Below, one piece after another: positions 21,526-33,096 of a stretch of DNA of 64,000 nt. Under the pieces are notes generated by a model. That model had not been told where the DNA came from. It saw only the letters and a list, made by a program, of their open reading frames with translations, and made no database searches. The position numbers and the translations under genes are program-made. Numbering within the stretch: the stretch's first letter is position 1; the number at the start of each line of letters is the position of its first letter. Source of the stretch: Williopsis jadinii (lineage: Eukaryota); the NCBI GenBank assembly GCA_024346625.1, contig AP024664.1, positions 1,364,001 through 1,428,000 on the forward strand. The letters are read 5' to 3'.

Positions 21526-22983
21526 ATGTCCAGTTTGACTCGCATGTCAGCATTCCGCCTGTCCAAGCGCACGCTTGCCACAGTGGCGGAGGCCAACCCG
21601 AACCGCCGCCTGGGAAAGCTGAGCGACCAGGATCGTATCTTCCAGAACTTGTACTCGTACTACGGCAAGGACTTGAAGTCAGCGCAGGCGCGTGGAGACT
21701 GGCACAAGACCAAGGAGATTGTGCTGAAAGGAGACGCGTGGATCATCGACCAGATGAAGAAGTCCGGGCTGAGAGGCCGTGGAGGTGCCGGTTTCCCCTC
21801 TGGGCTGAAGTGGTCTTTCATGAACCCGCCAGGCTGGGAGAAGAACGAGGGCCCAAGATACCTCGTTGTCAACGCGGACGAGGGAGAGCCTGGTACCTGT
21901 AAAGATCGTGAGATTATGCGTAAGGAGCCCCATAAGTTGGTGGAGGGTTGTTTACTCGCTGGTAGAGCCATGAACGCCACAGCTGCTTACATCTACATCA
22001 GAGGTGAGTTCCTTGAAGAGGCTGTTGCAATGCAACAGGCCATCGACGAGGCATACGCAGCAGGATTGATTGGAAAGGATTCGTGTGGCTCAGGTTATGC
22101 GTTTGACGTTTTCATCCACCGTGGTATGGGTGCGTACATCTGTGGTGAGGAGACTGCACTGATTGAATCCATCGAGGGTAAGCAAGGTAAGCCACGTCTC
22201 AAACCTCCTTTCCCAGCTGCTGTTGGTCTCTTTGGTAGACCTTCCACCGTGACCAACGTTGAAACCGTTGCTGTTGCTCCAACTATCTTGAGAAGAGGCC
22301 CAGAATGGTTTGCAGGCTTGGGTAGACCAGGTAACGCTGGTGTCAAGTTGTACGGTATTTCCGGCCACGTCAACAAACCGTGTGTTGTTGAGGAGGAGAT
22401 GGGTATCCCATTAAGAGACTTGATTGAGATTCACTGTGGTGGTGTCCGTGGTGGCTGGGATAACTTGCTCTCCATCATCCCAGGTGGTTGTTCTGTGCCA
22501 AACTTGACCAAGGAGGCTTCTGAAAAGGCATTGATGGACTATGATGGTCTAAGAGAGGTTGGTTCCTCATTAGGTACTGGTGCAGTCATTGTCATGGATA
22601 AGTCCACTGATATCATCAAGGCCATTGCCCGTTTGTCCAGTTTCTACCGTCACGAGTCATGTGGTCAATGTACTCCATGTCGTGAAGGTACCACATGGCT
22701 ATCAAAGGCTATGGATAGATTTGTCGTTGGTGACGCTAAGCCAGAGGAGATCGACATGATCATCGAGGTGACGAAGCGTCTTGAGGGCCACTCCATCTGT
22801 GGTTTAGGTGATGCTGCTGCTTGGCCAGTTCAAGCTCTCGTCAAGAACTTTAGACCAATTATCGAGGAGAGAATCGCACAGTTCAACTCAAAGCATCCTA
22901 ACATCGAATACGGTGGATGGGTCCCAAATGCAACCATCTATGACGGTAAGGTTCAAGGACTACCAAAGAACTTCCATCATTGA
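21526..22983 (+). CDS. NADH:ubiquinone oxidoreductase 51-kDa subunit (NuoF/NDUFV1)
   Basis: [43 protein letters not shown]; the presequence starts at ATG 21526. Confidence 0.96.
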   Translation: MSSLTRMSAFRLSKRTLATVAEANPNRRLGKLSDQDRIFQNLYSYYGKDLKSAQARGDWHKTKEIVLKGDAWIIDQMKKSGLRGRGGAGFPSGLKWSFMNPPGWEKNEGPRYLVVNADEGEPGTCKDREIMRKEPHKLVEGCLLAGRAMNATAAYIYIRGEFLEEAVAMQQAIDEAYAAGLIGKDSCGSGYAFDVFIHRGMGAYICGEETALIESIEGKQGKPRLKPPFPAAVGLFGRPSTVTNVETVAVAPTILRRGPEWFAGLGRPGNAGVKLYGISGHVNKPCVVEEEMGIPLRDLIEIHCGGVRGGWDNLLSIIPGGCSVPNLTKEASEKALMDYDGLREVGSSLGTGAVIVMDKSTDIIKAIARLSSFYRHESCGQCTPCREGTTWLSKAMDRFVVGDAKPEEIDMIIEVTKRLEGHSICGLGDAAAWPVQALVKNFRPIIEERIAQFNSKHPNIEYGGWVPNATIYDGKVQGLPKNFHH

Positions 22984-23150
22984 TGATATTTATATCTTCC
23001 ATATTTATTATTTATTCCGAATCACCCAACCCCCTGCCATTATTTATTTATTTCACATGATATATACAGTCTATTTTAACGTATTTAAATATCTCTTCTC
23101 ATGTATCATTTGGTTTCCATCACTATACCGGCACTTTGGCCGTGGTTATT

Positions 23151-23600
23151 TCACTCTTGTTTCTCTTGTCTAAGTGTCTGAATACGATGTCTCACAACCT
23201 CGTGAATAACATCATCAGTCCTCTCATCCAGAAGCTTCAAATCGTCAGAGATGTCCCTTTCGAGGTCCCACGTGATCTTCTTCTGTTTGAACACAGCCTT
23301 GACATCGCCAACGTTGGCCATATCTCTAAACTTGGAGAGTACCTCATCTTGAATCGCCTGCGACACCGCTTCAACAGTCTCAGAGTTCTCATCCAGCGTT
23401 GTAGGCGGACGAAAGAACCCCTTCACGGTGGTGCCAGTCTCTGGATCGTAATTTCGACTCTTTATAACCGGATCTTGAGCTTGTGTAGCTGTTTCTGTAG
23501 TATGCTGGCTTGTTTGGCTTGTTTGCTCTGATGTTTTACCTTTGTTCCGCAGTGCTAAAAGACGAGCTTTGCGAGCCGCTGATTGCTCTTCTAACGACAT
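23151..23600 (-). CDS. Cwf18/CCDC12 family splicing factor
   Basis: RKARLLALR, RNYDPET, KKITWDLERD...L..L...T. Confidence 0.8.
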   Translation of the reverse strand: MSLEEQSAARKARLLALRNKGKTSEQTSQTSQHTTETATQAQDPVIKSRNYDPETGTTVKGFFRPPTTLDENSETVEAVSQAIQDEVLSKFRDMANVGDVKAVFKQKKITWDLERDISDDLKLLDERTDDVIHEVVRHRIQTLRQEKQE

Positions 23601-23925
23601 GATGAATAGCTGATGTGTCTATGTGCAAAGCTCTCGAGCACTGTGCGTGTGAATGATACCGAGTGGAGTCACCGTCAACATTGCTCACAAGGTGTTTTGG
23701 GAGCTCTTTCAACATCAACACATTTTTTTTTTCACCAAAACACGCACTTCTAGCTACATAACAAAAAACACATACATAGCAAGCGATGACGATCTCTACA
23801 GCAAAAAAGCACTCAATTATTATTTCGTAACCCATTAATGATTTGAAAAATGAACACGGATGTTCCATTTCTATGCAGTTGTGACAATAATGCTAAATTG
23901 ATACTGAGATCTTGTGTTTCTCATC

Positions 23926-26900
23926 TCACTTCAAACTCTTGATGAAGGTGTCCAGGTTGTACTCTTCATCGTATTGAGATTGGTCCCACAACTCTCCTAA
24001 TTCATTGACAATGGCACCAGCCTTTCCGGAGAGACCAGATTCATGAATGGCGTCGTCAGACGTGGCTTTATTACCCGTTCCGTTCGTCTTGGCGGACCCT
24101 TCAACATCTTCATTCTGTTCTTGTTGCCCAGCCTGGTCAACATCAAACAGGTCCAAAAGCTGGCCTGTGTCCATCGATGCCAATCCAGCATTCTGTTGAC
24201 TCACGACAGTGGAGGCGATGTTCATCTTGAACTTCTGCAATCCCATAATCTTCTCCTCCAAGGTATCCTTGGTGATCAATCTGTAAACGTTGACAACCTT
24301 CTTTTGGCCTAACCTATGGGCTCTATCCATCGCCTGTAAGTCGTTCATTGGATTCCAATCATGTTCGACAAATATGACCGTATCAGCACCTGTTAGATTC
24401 AGCCCGAGACCACCAACCTTTGTCGTCAATAACAACACGTCAATAGATGGATCTTGGTTGAATTTCTGAACAATTTTCTGACGGTCCCTAGGATCCGTAG
24501 AACCATCCAGTCTCATAAAGGTAACAGAAGGCAAGTGCTTACGTAGCAAATCTTCTTCAACCATATCCAACATGTCCTTCAATTGACAGAAAATCAAGAC
24601 ACGGTGTTGACTGATGATGTTGTCTGTGTCAAAGTTCTGCTTGTCAACGTCTTGTACACCAATCCCACATTCTAGCAGCAACGTCTTCAATGCCATCAGT
24701 TTTGGTGCGTGCTTGATATCGTGAAGACCGAGACCAGTCTGCTTGAGGTACTTGCGAACATCGTTGTACTGAGGATGAGACTCGTTCAACACCAACGCCG
24801 GATGGTTACACAACTTTCTCATGTACTGCAATGCTTGGAAAATGTGTGTCTTGTTCTCCGCAACATCTGCGGTTTTGATGTCCTCTTGAACAACGTTCTT
24901 TTGCTTCTTAGCAAAGTCGTTGTACAACTGCTTTTGCAAGTCACCAAGTTGACAGTAATAATCCTGGATGATCTTTGGTGGTAAATCAGACAACACCTCC
25001 TCCTTCAAACGACGCAACATGAAAGGTAACACCTGTTTATGAAGTGCTTCCAAAGCCAATGCACCAGCTTCTTGTTCCTTGGAAGAGGTCTTGGAGTTTC
25101 TTGATGCTGCAATTGGCTTAGCAAACCTCTCTTGAAACATTTTCTCAGTGCCCAAGAACCCCGGCATCAAGAAATCAAACAAAGACCACAGTTCAAGAAC
25201 ATTGTTCTGAATAGGAGTACCAGACAAGATTAATCTGTGATTGGCTCTGATATTCTTCACGGCCTTAGTTAGCTTTGAATTGGAGTTCTTGATGATATGT
25301 CCTTCATCCAAAACACAATAGTTATAGTCCTTAGACCCTAGGAACTCGACATCATTACGAACAACGTCGTAGGAAGTAACGATGATATCGGCATCACCAA
25401 ACTGATGGCGTAGACCTTGTCTCACAGATGGACCACCAGCATAAACAAGAACGTTCAAAAATGGGGCGTACTGGTTGAACTCTTGTTCCCAATGACCCGT
25501 CAAACTAGGCGGACAAACAATCAGCGTCGGTAAAGGTCTAGTCTCAATTGATTTCGTAGCCTTATAATCCTCAGCTCTCAAATGATGATCACTTGCAACA
25601 ATGCAAATAGTTTGAAGGGTCTTACCCAGCCCCATATCGTCGCAAAGAATACCGTGTAAATGGTACTTGTTCAAGAACGCTAACCAATTGACACCTTCCT
25701 GCTGATACTTTCTAAGGGTGGCTTCAATAGACACGGGAAGATCGAATGGTTTTGAGCTCGATGGATCCATCATTTGACGAATGAATTCCCTCTCCTTCTC
25801 TCTTCCTTCAAGAAGTTCCTTTGGAACGTCCTCCGGATCCGGAATACCAGCTTCTAACGGAACCAGCTTGATGATAGATGCAAAAGTGCTAGTAGCGAGC
25901 ACACGTACGTCCTTGTCAGAATCACTCATACGGCCCAACACAGGGACAATAAAGAAGATCACATATGGCAGAATATCAGCCTCCATGGCCTTGGAAAGAT
26001 GGTACACAACCTCAGTTCCACCTTGACGTTCCGACACATCACCTGCGTTGTTCAACAGAGGAAGCACTTCTTTCACCATGAAGGGCACAACCTTGGAAGG
26101 AGCAAGCTTTGCAAGCGCAGCCATGGTCTTAGCAGCAGAGTACCTGAAGACTGACAGTGATGATCTCAAGCCGTTCAGTAACAATGGCAGAAGCTCAATA
26201 AGCCTTGGAAGAAGGTCTCTGGCAAAGGAAGCGGACAGAGCCTTCAAGATACCAAGACCGTCGATGATTGCTTGTCCAACAGTATCATCCACTTCTCCAA
26301 GTATTGGACTTTCGAGGTTTCTCAAGGCCTCAAAGATGGACTTCCCGAGTTGTGGAACTTTGTCAAACACCTCATCACCAAATGCAGTCAAGATATCATC
26401 CAATGCAAACTGTGCACCTCTTCTCTTGACCTTTGCCTCATGGATGACAGCGTTGTAAGCCTCCGAATCGGCTGAGGAAGTCTCTTCTTTCCGTATAGAC
26501 AATATAGAGTCCTTGACGTCTCTGAGGGAGTTGAACTCAGGAACCTCAGTGGTATCAACACAGATGAATCCACAGAGGTTCTTAGCAATCTTGTCGGAGA
26601 CGTTGACCTTTCCACAAGCCACCAGCTTGCCGATGAGATCTGCGATTGAAGAAGCACTGCGTTCTTGTAAGATCTCCAGCTCTTCAGCCTTGATACTGTC
26701 CATCAGCGAACGGATGAACGGATTCAACTTTTTAGGCAGATCCTTCAAAGATATCGCAGCAGAGGCGTAATTAGAAAGGATGTGGATGGCTCTCTGATTC
26801 TTCAGGGTACGTGCTTCTTCAATCGCATTAGCGAGTCTTGTTTTAGCATCCTCCAGTGCCTTCTGTGCGCTCATCTTGTACATGTTGCTCATATGACTTA

Positions 26901-29610
26901 GAAGTTTAGGATACGTCTCAGAAATGACAGTATCGGCCACTTCAAGGCTAAAGGCACCAGGACCGGCATCAGCTTCACCTTGGACAACGACTGGAAGGTC
27001 TTGCACCTTGTTATGGGAGATGTTGCCTTCCTCGATGAAGACTCTAAACAAAGCATGGCATTGAGTTCTCACGGCTTTCAATGTTGGCACCAATTCCTTA
27101 TAGTAAGGGAGAGAAGAAGGATCATTCAAAACAGAAAAGAATGAATCATAGAAACTGGACACAACGATTTCAGAAGGAGCAAGTCCACGACCAGAGAGGG
27201 CACCACAGTACTCTTTGATAACAATTGAAAGGAAAAGCCTTGGACTGGAATGTGAACTGGACAGATAACCTGTCAAGAGAGGCACAGTTGATTCCAACGA
27301 CTCAGGGTCCAGGTAGGACAGTATCTGGCCCAACGCAGTGGCACTAGCAATCCGTGTGCGGTAGAAAACTTCAACGCCCAACAGCGTGATATCTCCAATG
27401 ATCATCGGACCATCAATGTTGACACGCTCATTATCATCTGGTGGTGGGATAACAGGGTCAGGTTTTGGAGGGGACTTCCTCTTGCGTCCACGACCGTGAT
27501 GTTCTTCTGGAGGAGGAAGAGGCTCAAAAGGCGTACCGGAGGGGTTCAACAGATAGTGAGGTGGCATCGTGTAGTTGTAACGAGATACACCGATTGGAGT
27601 CATCAATAAGTTGGTGATTGGCTTGATATGAGGTAAAACCATTGAACTGAAGTGAGCTTCGTCCAGAGTGTTGGCTTCTTCAACAAGCTTGACGAAAACT
27701 TGTTGAGATAACACGAGCACTTCAGGGTTCTGCTCCAATAGTAGATTCTGAAAGACCAGCCTTATGGCATGGCCGTCAATCCAAGCCTTCGATGACTTAT
27801 CTGAAATGGACAAGAATGAAAGCAAAGTCCTTAACACGGACATTCTCACGTTCGTGATGGAGTGTCTCAGAAATGGATATAGCTTTGGAATCAAGTTCTT
27901 GAAGGAGTACTCCTCGTTTTGAGAGGCCTCCTCTTTGATGATGTTTAGAACTTCAGGGTGGATACAAAGCTTTGATAGCAAATCCATAACCGCACCGATA
28001 GAGGCAGACAGATCGTCTTTGAGCATGGTCAAACAATTCCACAATGTGGTGATAACGTCCTTGATTGAGTCTCTCTTTATTCTAATGAATTCATCAGTGA
28101 TTGGGGTCAGTGTAGCAGCAGCAACTGCCTGAACGTCATCAGAGTCGTTCAATCCGTGTAGCACCATTCTCAAAACATCATCTAGTAACTCTGGTTTCTC
28201 TGACAAAATGTCTGTTCGAACACTCACTAGGTACCTCAGACCAAGCATACCTCCATGGCTGGCTTCCCAACATGGCACTCTTTCACCAGCTGCAGTATTC
28301 TGAAGTACCAAATCACCTAAATGTTTAAAGATCTGCACAACGAGATCGTTATCAAGATGTACCAAAAGAGCAGCCAGTGTCTGAGCAGCAGATTCTCTCA
28401 CTGGAGCAACTACGGTATCGTAGACAAAGTCACCAAACCGATCTGTAGCGAAAAGCGTCAGCAAACGACATGCGAGATCTTCTAACGTTTGTCTGTTCTT
28501 TTGGTTATTTTCCTGAAGGCTTCTTCCCTTGACTCTCCCGGCACCTTTGCCATGCTTCTTAACCAGTTCACGAAGACCAAGAACAGCACCGTGTCTAGTT
28601 TCCCATGTCTCAGAGAATATGTCTGCAACGAGCAACTCGTAGACACCTTGGAAAGGCCATACAAGACCGGCAACTTTCGCATGTTCTGCTAAGATTGGTG
28701 GAATTTCAGGTGCCTTGGTCTCAACAACCAGTTTATTACCACCTGCTTGTGTTGTTATATCCATACCTGGTGACTGAACACTTCTTGCACTCTGCAAACC
28801 AGTACACGATGCATCACTATCAACCAATTTTCTCGAGACAGAACTCTGAGATAGATCTACTGGTTTAGATTTCGAATGTCCACCTTTCGTTGCCATCTTA
28901 GCCTTCCGCTTTGCCATTGCCTTGAGCCTTGCACTTGAGATAGTTGGCGTAGCATTGGGTGCTGGTGACGCGGAAGATGAACGTGTATCAGAAGGAGGCA
29001 TCGAAGGCTCCAGCGAGGACTCTTCCCTCTTGACTTCGACTTTAACCGCACTCCGCACACCACCTATGTTCTCCTTACCATTCTTCGTGTCGTCGTAGTC
29101 AACCATGATCTCATCCTCCGCGTGCTCTGTTTTGATGCCCAGCGTTCTGTTGATAGACATCTTCTGTTTCTTTATGCTCGCCAGTGTGCGTGCTGGTGCC
29201 ACGGAGTCGCTGTCCGAGCAGGACAGCAGCTTCTTCCCAGACTTCAGAATCTCGTGGAAGCTCCACTGGTCTAGCGAGATGAAGTTGTTGTAGTCGTTCA
29301 GGTACTTCATCTCTTGTTCTTCGAGCTTGATCTGCGAATCGTCAAGCTCCTCGAGCTTCACCGGCGTCTCATCGCCAGCGTTTGGGTCCCAGGTCTCAGC
29401 CTGTGACGCGATACCACCAAACGCCCTTGCAGCGGTGGTTCTCGTCTCCCATTTCTTCGAGTTGAGGTATGGGTAAACACGACTGAGCAGGTTGAGCACC
29501 TCCTCTGGGTGCGCCTTTGCGAGGTCAACCAGTTGATCTGCAGCTGTGTTCCTTATAAAGGGCGTAGACCCCGTGTCCAACAGCACAACCAAACGTTCAA
29601 GCCTTGACAT
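23926..29610 (-). CDS. MOT1: TBP-associated SNF2 ATPase Mot1
   Basis: MSRLERLVVLLDTGST start, HEAT region, DDMGLGKT, DEGH, QAMDRAHRLGQ. Confidence 0.97.
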   Translation of the reverse strand: MSRLERLVVLLDTGSTPFIRNTAADQLVDLAKAHPEEVLNLLSRVYPYLNSKKWETRTTAARAFGGIASQAETWDPNAGDETPVKLEELDDSQIKLEEQEMKYLNDYNNFISLDQWSFHEILKSGKKLLSCSDSDSVAPARTLASIKKQKMSINRTLGIKTEHAEDEIMVDYDDTKNGKENIGGVRSAVKVEVKREESSLEPSMPPSDTRSSSASPAPNATPTISSARLKAMAKRKAKMATKGGHSKSKPVDLSQSSVSRKLVDSDASCTGLQSARSVQSPGMDITTQAGGNKLVVETKAPEIPPILAEHAKVAGLVWPFQGVYELLVADIFSETWETRHGAVLGLRELVKKHGKGAGRVKGRSLQENNQKNRQTLEDLACRLLTLFATDRFGDFVYDTVVAPVRESAAQTLAALLVHLDNDLVVQIFKHLGDLVLQNTAAGERVPCWEASHGGMLGLRYLVSVRTDILSEKPELLDDVLRMVLHGLNDSDDVQAVAAATLTPITDEFIRIKRDSIKDVITTLWNCLTMLKDDLSASIGAVMDLLSKLCIHPEVLNIIKEEASQNEEYSFKNLIPKLYPFLRHSITNVRMSVLRTLLSFLSISDKSSKAWIDGHAIRLVFQNLLLEQNPEVLVLSQQVFVKLVEEANTLDEAHFSSMVLPHIKPITNLLMTPIGVSRYNYTMPPHYLLNPSGTPFEPLPPPEEHHGRGRKRKSPPKPDPVIPPPDDNERVNIDGPMIIGDITLLGVEVFYRTRIASATALGQILSYLDPESLESTVPLLTGYLSSSHSSPRLFLSIVIKEYCGALSGRGLAPSEIVVSSFYDSFFSVLNDPSSLPYYKELVPTLKAVRTQCHALFRVFIEEGNISHNKVQDLPVVVQGEADAGPGAFSLEVADTVISETYPKLLSHMSNMYKMSAQKALEDAKTRLANAIEEARTLKNQRAIHILSNYASAAISLKDLPKKLNPFIRSLMDSIKAEELEILQERSASSIADLIGKLVACGKVNVSDKIAKNLCGFICVDTTEVPEFNSLRDVKDSILSIRKEETSSADSEAYNAVIHEAKVKRRGAQFALDDILTAFGDEVFDKVPQLGKSIFEALRNLESPILGEVDDTVGQAIIDGLGILKALSASFARDLLPRLIELLPLLLNGLRSSLSVFRYSAAKTMAALAKLAPSKVVPFMVKEVLPLLNNAGDVSERQGGTEVVYHLSKAMEADILPYVIFFIVPVLGRMSDSDKDVRVLATSTFASIIKLVPLEAGIPDPEDVPKELLEGREKEREFIRQMMDPSSSKPFDLPVSIEATLRKYQQEGVNWLAFLNKYHLHGILCDDMGLGKTLQTICIVASDHHLRAEDYKATKSIETRPLPTLIVCPPSLTGHWEQEFNQYAPFLNVLVYAGGPSVRQGLRHQFGDADIIVTSYDVVRNDVEFLGSKDYNYCVLDEGHIIKNSNSKLTKAVKNIRANHRLILSGTPIQNNVLELWSLFDFLMPGFLGTEKMFQERFAKPIAASRNSKTSSKEQEAGALALEALHKQVLPFMLRRLKEEVLSDLPPKIIQDYYCQLGDLQKQLYNDFAKKQKNVVQEDIKTADVAENKTHIFQALQYMRKLCNHPALVLNESHPQYNDVRKYLKQTGLGLHDIKHAPKLMALKTLLLECGIGVQDVDKQNFDTDNIISQHRVLIFCQLKDMLDMVEEDLLRKHLPSVTFMRLDGSTDPRDRQKIVQKFNQDPSIDVLLLTTKVGGLGLNLTGADTVIFVEHDWNPMNDLQAMDRAHRLGQKKVVNVYRLITKDTLEEKIMGLQKFKMNIASTVVSQQNAGLASMDTGQLLDLFDVDQAGQQEQNEDVEGSAKTNGTGNKATSDDAIHESGLSGKAGAIVNELGELWDQSQYDEEYNLDTFIKSLK

Positions 29611-31457
29611 CTGGGGACTGTAGCTGAGTGTGTGGGGGGGGAGGCCTCGATCTAATGACTTAACCAATATTGATAAACACCGCGATTAACCGTCAACTCC
29701 ACAGCGGCTATCACTTCAGTGTATGTTTTGATGTAACTGAACAGAGAGCGATGGGTATAAAGTACGCGATGATGTGGTTGGCGCAACACAGATATAACGA
29801 CGACAAATTTGGGTTGTGTGCTTTTGTGAAACGCGCGTTTTCTCCCGGGCTGCTGCTCTGTCGTTTTGCGTTTTGCGTTTTTCGTTTTTTTTGGTTTTAG
29901 GCTTTTGTCCTGTTGCCCCTTTCCCCTTTTTGAAGCGGCCCCATTTCGAGGAATTTCATCCTTGTTTTATACATGCGGTGGGAGGACAAGTGGCAAGGGG
30001 CGCAAAGCTGCGAAAATGGACAAAAATTTTCGACTTTTTTTTGGGTACCGTTGCGCGTTGGCAAATTTGCGAAAATTTCGCACGGATTCATGAGCGTGTG
30101 GTGCGCTCAGGAGCGCCCAAGGGGGAATCAGGCTGCGGAGAAAGTGCTGCTGTTGTTTCTGCGTACGCTGCTGCCAACACACCGCGCTCTGCTCAAGCGC
30201 AAAAGGGAGGTGTCGTGGTAGTGCCGGGGGTCTACGGAGGTGAGACGTGGAAATCAGTGAGGCAGAGTCAGATGGCGAATCGTGATCTGATCACGGGTAC
30301 GGGGGTTTTAACCAGATGGCCGTGTTGCTGCAAAGGAGCATTTGTATTTTGAAGTTAACGCTGTTAGTCCAGCCATGCCACTTCGAAGATCACACTGGTA
30401 TGAACAGCCAATGGACAGATCAAGATTGTGATTACAATGTTACAGTCAGCCTAGCCCTCAGACAGAGTACGACGGTTTTACAGCGGCCTTCTGCCTGGAG
30501 CGGGACGGACACCCTCAACTGGCGTTGGCGTAAGCAGGCAGGGGGAAACAGGAAGGCCAAAAGCGAAAAAGAAAGCAGGCAAGCAGACAAACACAGGCAC
30601 TAAAAAGCCGTTCTCCCATTGGCCAAAGCGATGGCCGTGTGGGAGCTTTGAATGTGTCTCCTGGTTTGTGTGTATTCAAGGAACAAGCAGTTTGGGCGAT
30701 GGGGAGTGATGGTGGTGAAACTGGCGTTTGGAGGAGCCTGGGCCTTCCAATCTCTTTGTAAAGGCTCGTCTATCGATTTCTAAATGGATCTGGATGGCCT
30801 GCATCTTGATTCATACCTTAGATCCACCACGAGGGGTTCGAATGTGGCCAAAGGTGTAAAACTGTTCATCACTTGGTTGGTGGCATCTCGGGTCGAAACG
30901 AACTGGGAACTTTACACCGGAGAACGTATCTCAAAAATGCGATAGTCACAAGCTTTTGTTGACACACCTTCACGACTCAATTGGCTACTCACCGGTTACC
31001 ACTAGAGAGCCTCTTATAGCATCAGTAAGCAAGAGAGACAGAGCATTTCCTCTATAGGAGTTCAAGCCTTCAAAAGAGCTCGCACAAACAGGTTCCCACC
31101 CATCACTGGTGTGTGTTGTGTTGCATACCCTCACGAAATCTGACGCAAAATTTGCGCAAAAGTCAACTCGGCAATTATAACTTTGCCGCAAGTTTTATGC
31201 CAAACGAGCGAAAAAAGGCACAAACCATGCATAGCTGGGTGACTGCTTTTCCGTGCCCACAGTTTCGCGGTCAAAGCGTAATTTCTGGAACGATGGAATT
31301 GTCACCTGGACACCCCCATCTAATTGTGCGGTTAGGGCAGCATTATTCTCCAAAGGACTCTGTTGGATATGCTATTTTTTTTTCACCAAAGTTTCAACTA
31401 ACTCTCCATCTCTTTCACTTTTTTTTTGGAGATTATCAACAAGAAAGTCCAGTCGCA

Positions 31458-32580
31458 ATGCCACGTAAGTAACTTGGTTGTACTACTTTCAGCAATGTCA
31501 TGTGCTTTAATGTTTCTTGTTGCAAATGCCCATGTCTACGGACCACTGGGTATCAATTTGAAACTGTCATGAACAGAGGTTCGGGTCCTCGTTTGATTTC
31601 ACCACAAGATTGACTCCGATCATCTTGTGGCTTATTACTTTGTTTCCAATGTTGTGCATTCTCTTAACTGAGATGAAGCTAATCTTTCATTGACAGGTTA
31701 GTGCCCTGAACTCCCGACACTTCAGTGGCACGACCTGGGTCACTAACGAACAAAAGGTTTTAGGGTTACGAGTATGAGTCTTTATCCTCAATATGAGTCG
31801 ATGAGAAGAAACCGTTGCTTGTTTTCCCTCACGACTCATGTTATATGGCAGACCGAACTCTACTAACCCAGCCCTTGTTTGTATGACCTTTAGCTTTCGA
31901 ACACTGGAAAAAAGCAGGGTAATGTAGGAAATCAAATACAACGACCTGATCAATCTTTCATGTAGACATGTACTGCTGCAGTCTCGCTCCATACACGTAT
32001 CCTAACACTCTCCAATACAGGTGCTCCAAGAACTTACTCCAAGACCTACACTGTCCCAAAGAGACCATACGAGTCTGCTCGTTTGGACGCTGAGTTGAAG
32101 CTTGCCGGTGAGTACGGTTTGAAGAACAAGCGTGAAATCTACAGAATCAACTTCCAATTGTCCAAGATTAGACGTGCTGCTCGTGACTTGTTGACCCGTG
32201 ACGAGAAGGACCCAAAGAGATTGTTCGAAGGTAACGCTTTGATCAGAAGATTGGTCCGTGCCGGTATCTTGTCCGAGGACAAGAAGAAGTTGGATTACGT
32301 CTTGGCCTTGAAGCCAGAAGATTTCTTGGAGAGACGTTTGCAAACCCAAGTCTACAAGTTGGGTTTGGCCAGATCCATCCACCACGCTCGTGTCTTGATC
32401 TCTCAAAGACACATTGCTGTTGGTAAGCAAGTTGTCAACATCCCATCCTTCGTTGTCAGATTGGACTCCCAAAAGCACATTGACTTCGCTAAGACTTCTC
32501 CATACGGTGGTGGTCGTGCCGGTCGTGTTGCCAGAAAGAACTCTGGTAAGGAGGAAGGTGCTGAGGAAGACGAGGAGTAA
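31458..32580 (+). CDS. RPS9: 40S ribosomal protein S9 (uS4); exons 31458-31464 and 32021-32580
   Basis: ATGCCAC|GTAAGT ... TCCTAAC...CAG|GTGCT gives [12 protein letters not shown]; strong codon bias. Confidence 0.96.
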
Positions 32581-32785
32581 ATCAACTCTCACGTTTGCCA
32601 ATTCTCAGCTTCATAATGACTGCTTCACTCTTTGAGGGGGTTATGTTTTTTGTGTTATAAACAAGCATCTTTTTTATCACCAATCAATCTGACCCTTTCT
32701 CTGTAGCTTAATGAAATATCAATTGTATATTAAAGGTTTTATGTTTAGATCTGCCCGTTGTAGTGCCATAACACAGCTTCGGCGA

Positions 32786-32814
32786 TGAGGGCTACAGCCC
32801 TACCAAGTCACGTG
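32786..32814. promoter_or_regulatory. Tbf1-type palindrome plus Cbf1 site upstream of RPL21
   Basis: TGAGGGCTACAGCCCTAC resembles TTAGGGCTATAGCCCTAA; GTCACGTG at 32807-32814. Confidence 0.65.
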
Positions 32815-33096
32815 ATGCCATCTGTCAAGCTCATCGGTTCGGGACACAGTGGGCACCCCGCGATATTTTCGTAGCCTGGTTGTAGCACACAATCTTCACC
32901 AGCCCAGTGACGCAATCGCTGTGCACAGTTGACTAAGTTGGCGGGGAGGAGAGCAAGTGCTGTGTGTGTGTGGACGGGCGTGTACAGCTCAATGATCTGA
33001 GGTATATAAAGAGCACAGAAAATTCCTCACCTGGGTTTAGTGTGATTGTGAAGATCACCTCCTGGTGTTTGACTGTTTGATCTATAGAAGCAAGAT

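Noticed and set aside
29670..30352. Several overlapping short ORFs upstream of MOT1
   Set aside because: Mostly non-ATG starts over poly(T)/CG-rich promoter sequence, with no coding signature.
32002..32601. 199-aa ORF antisense to RPS9 (likewise 40152-41114 against PGI1, 59723-60646 against TIF1, 231-836 against MEP2)
   Set aside because: Expected shadow of strong codon bias in highly expressed genes; no independent protein features.
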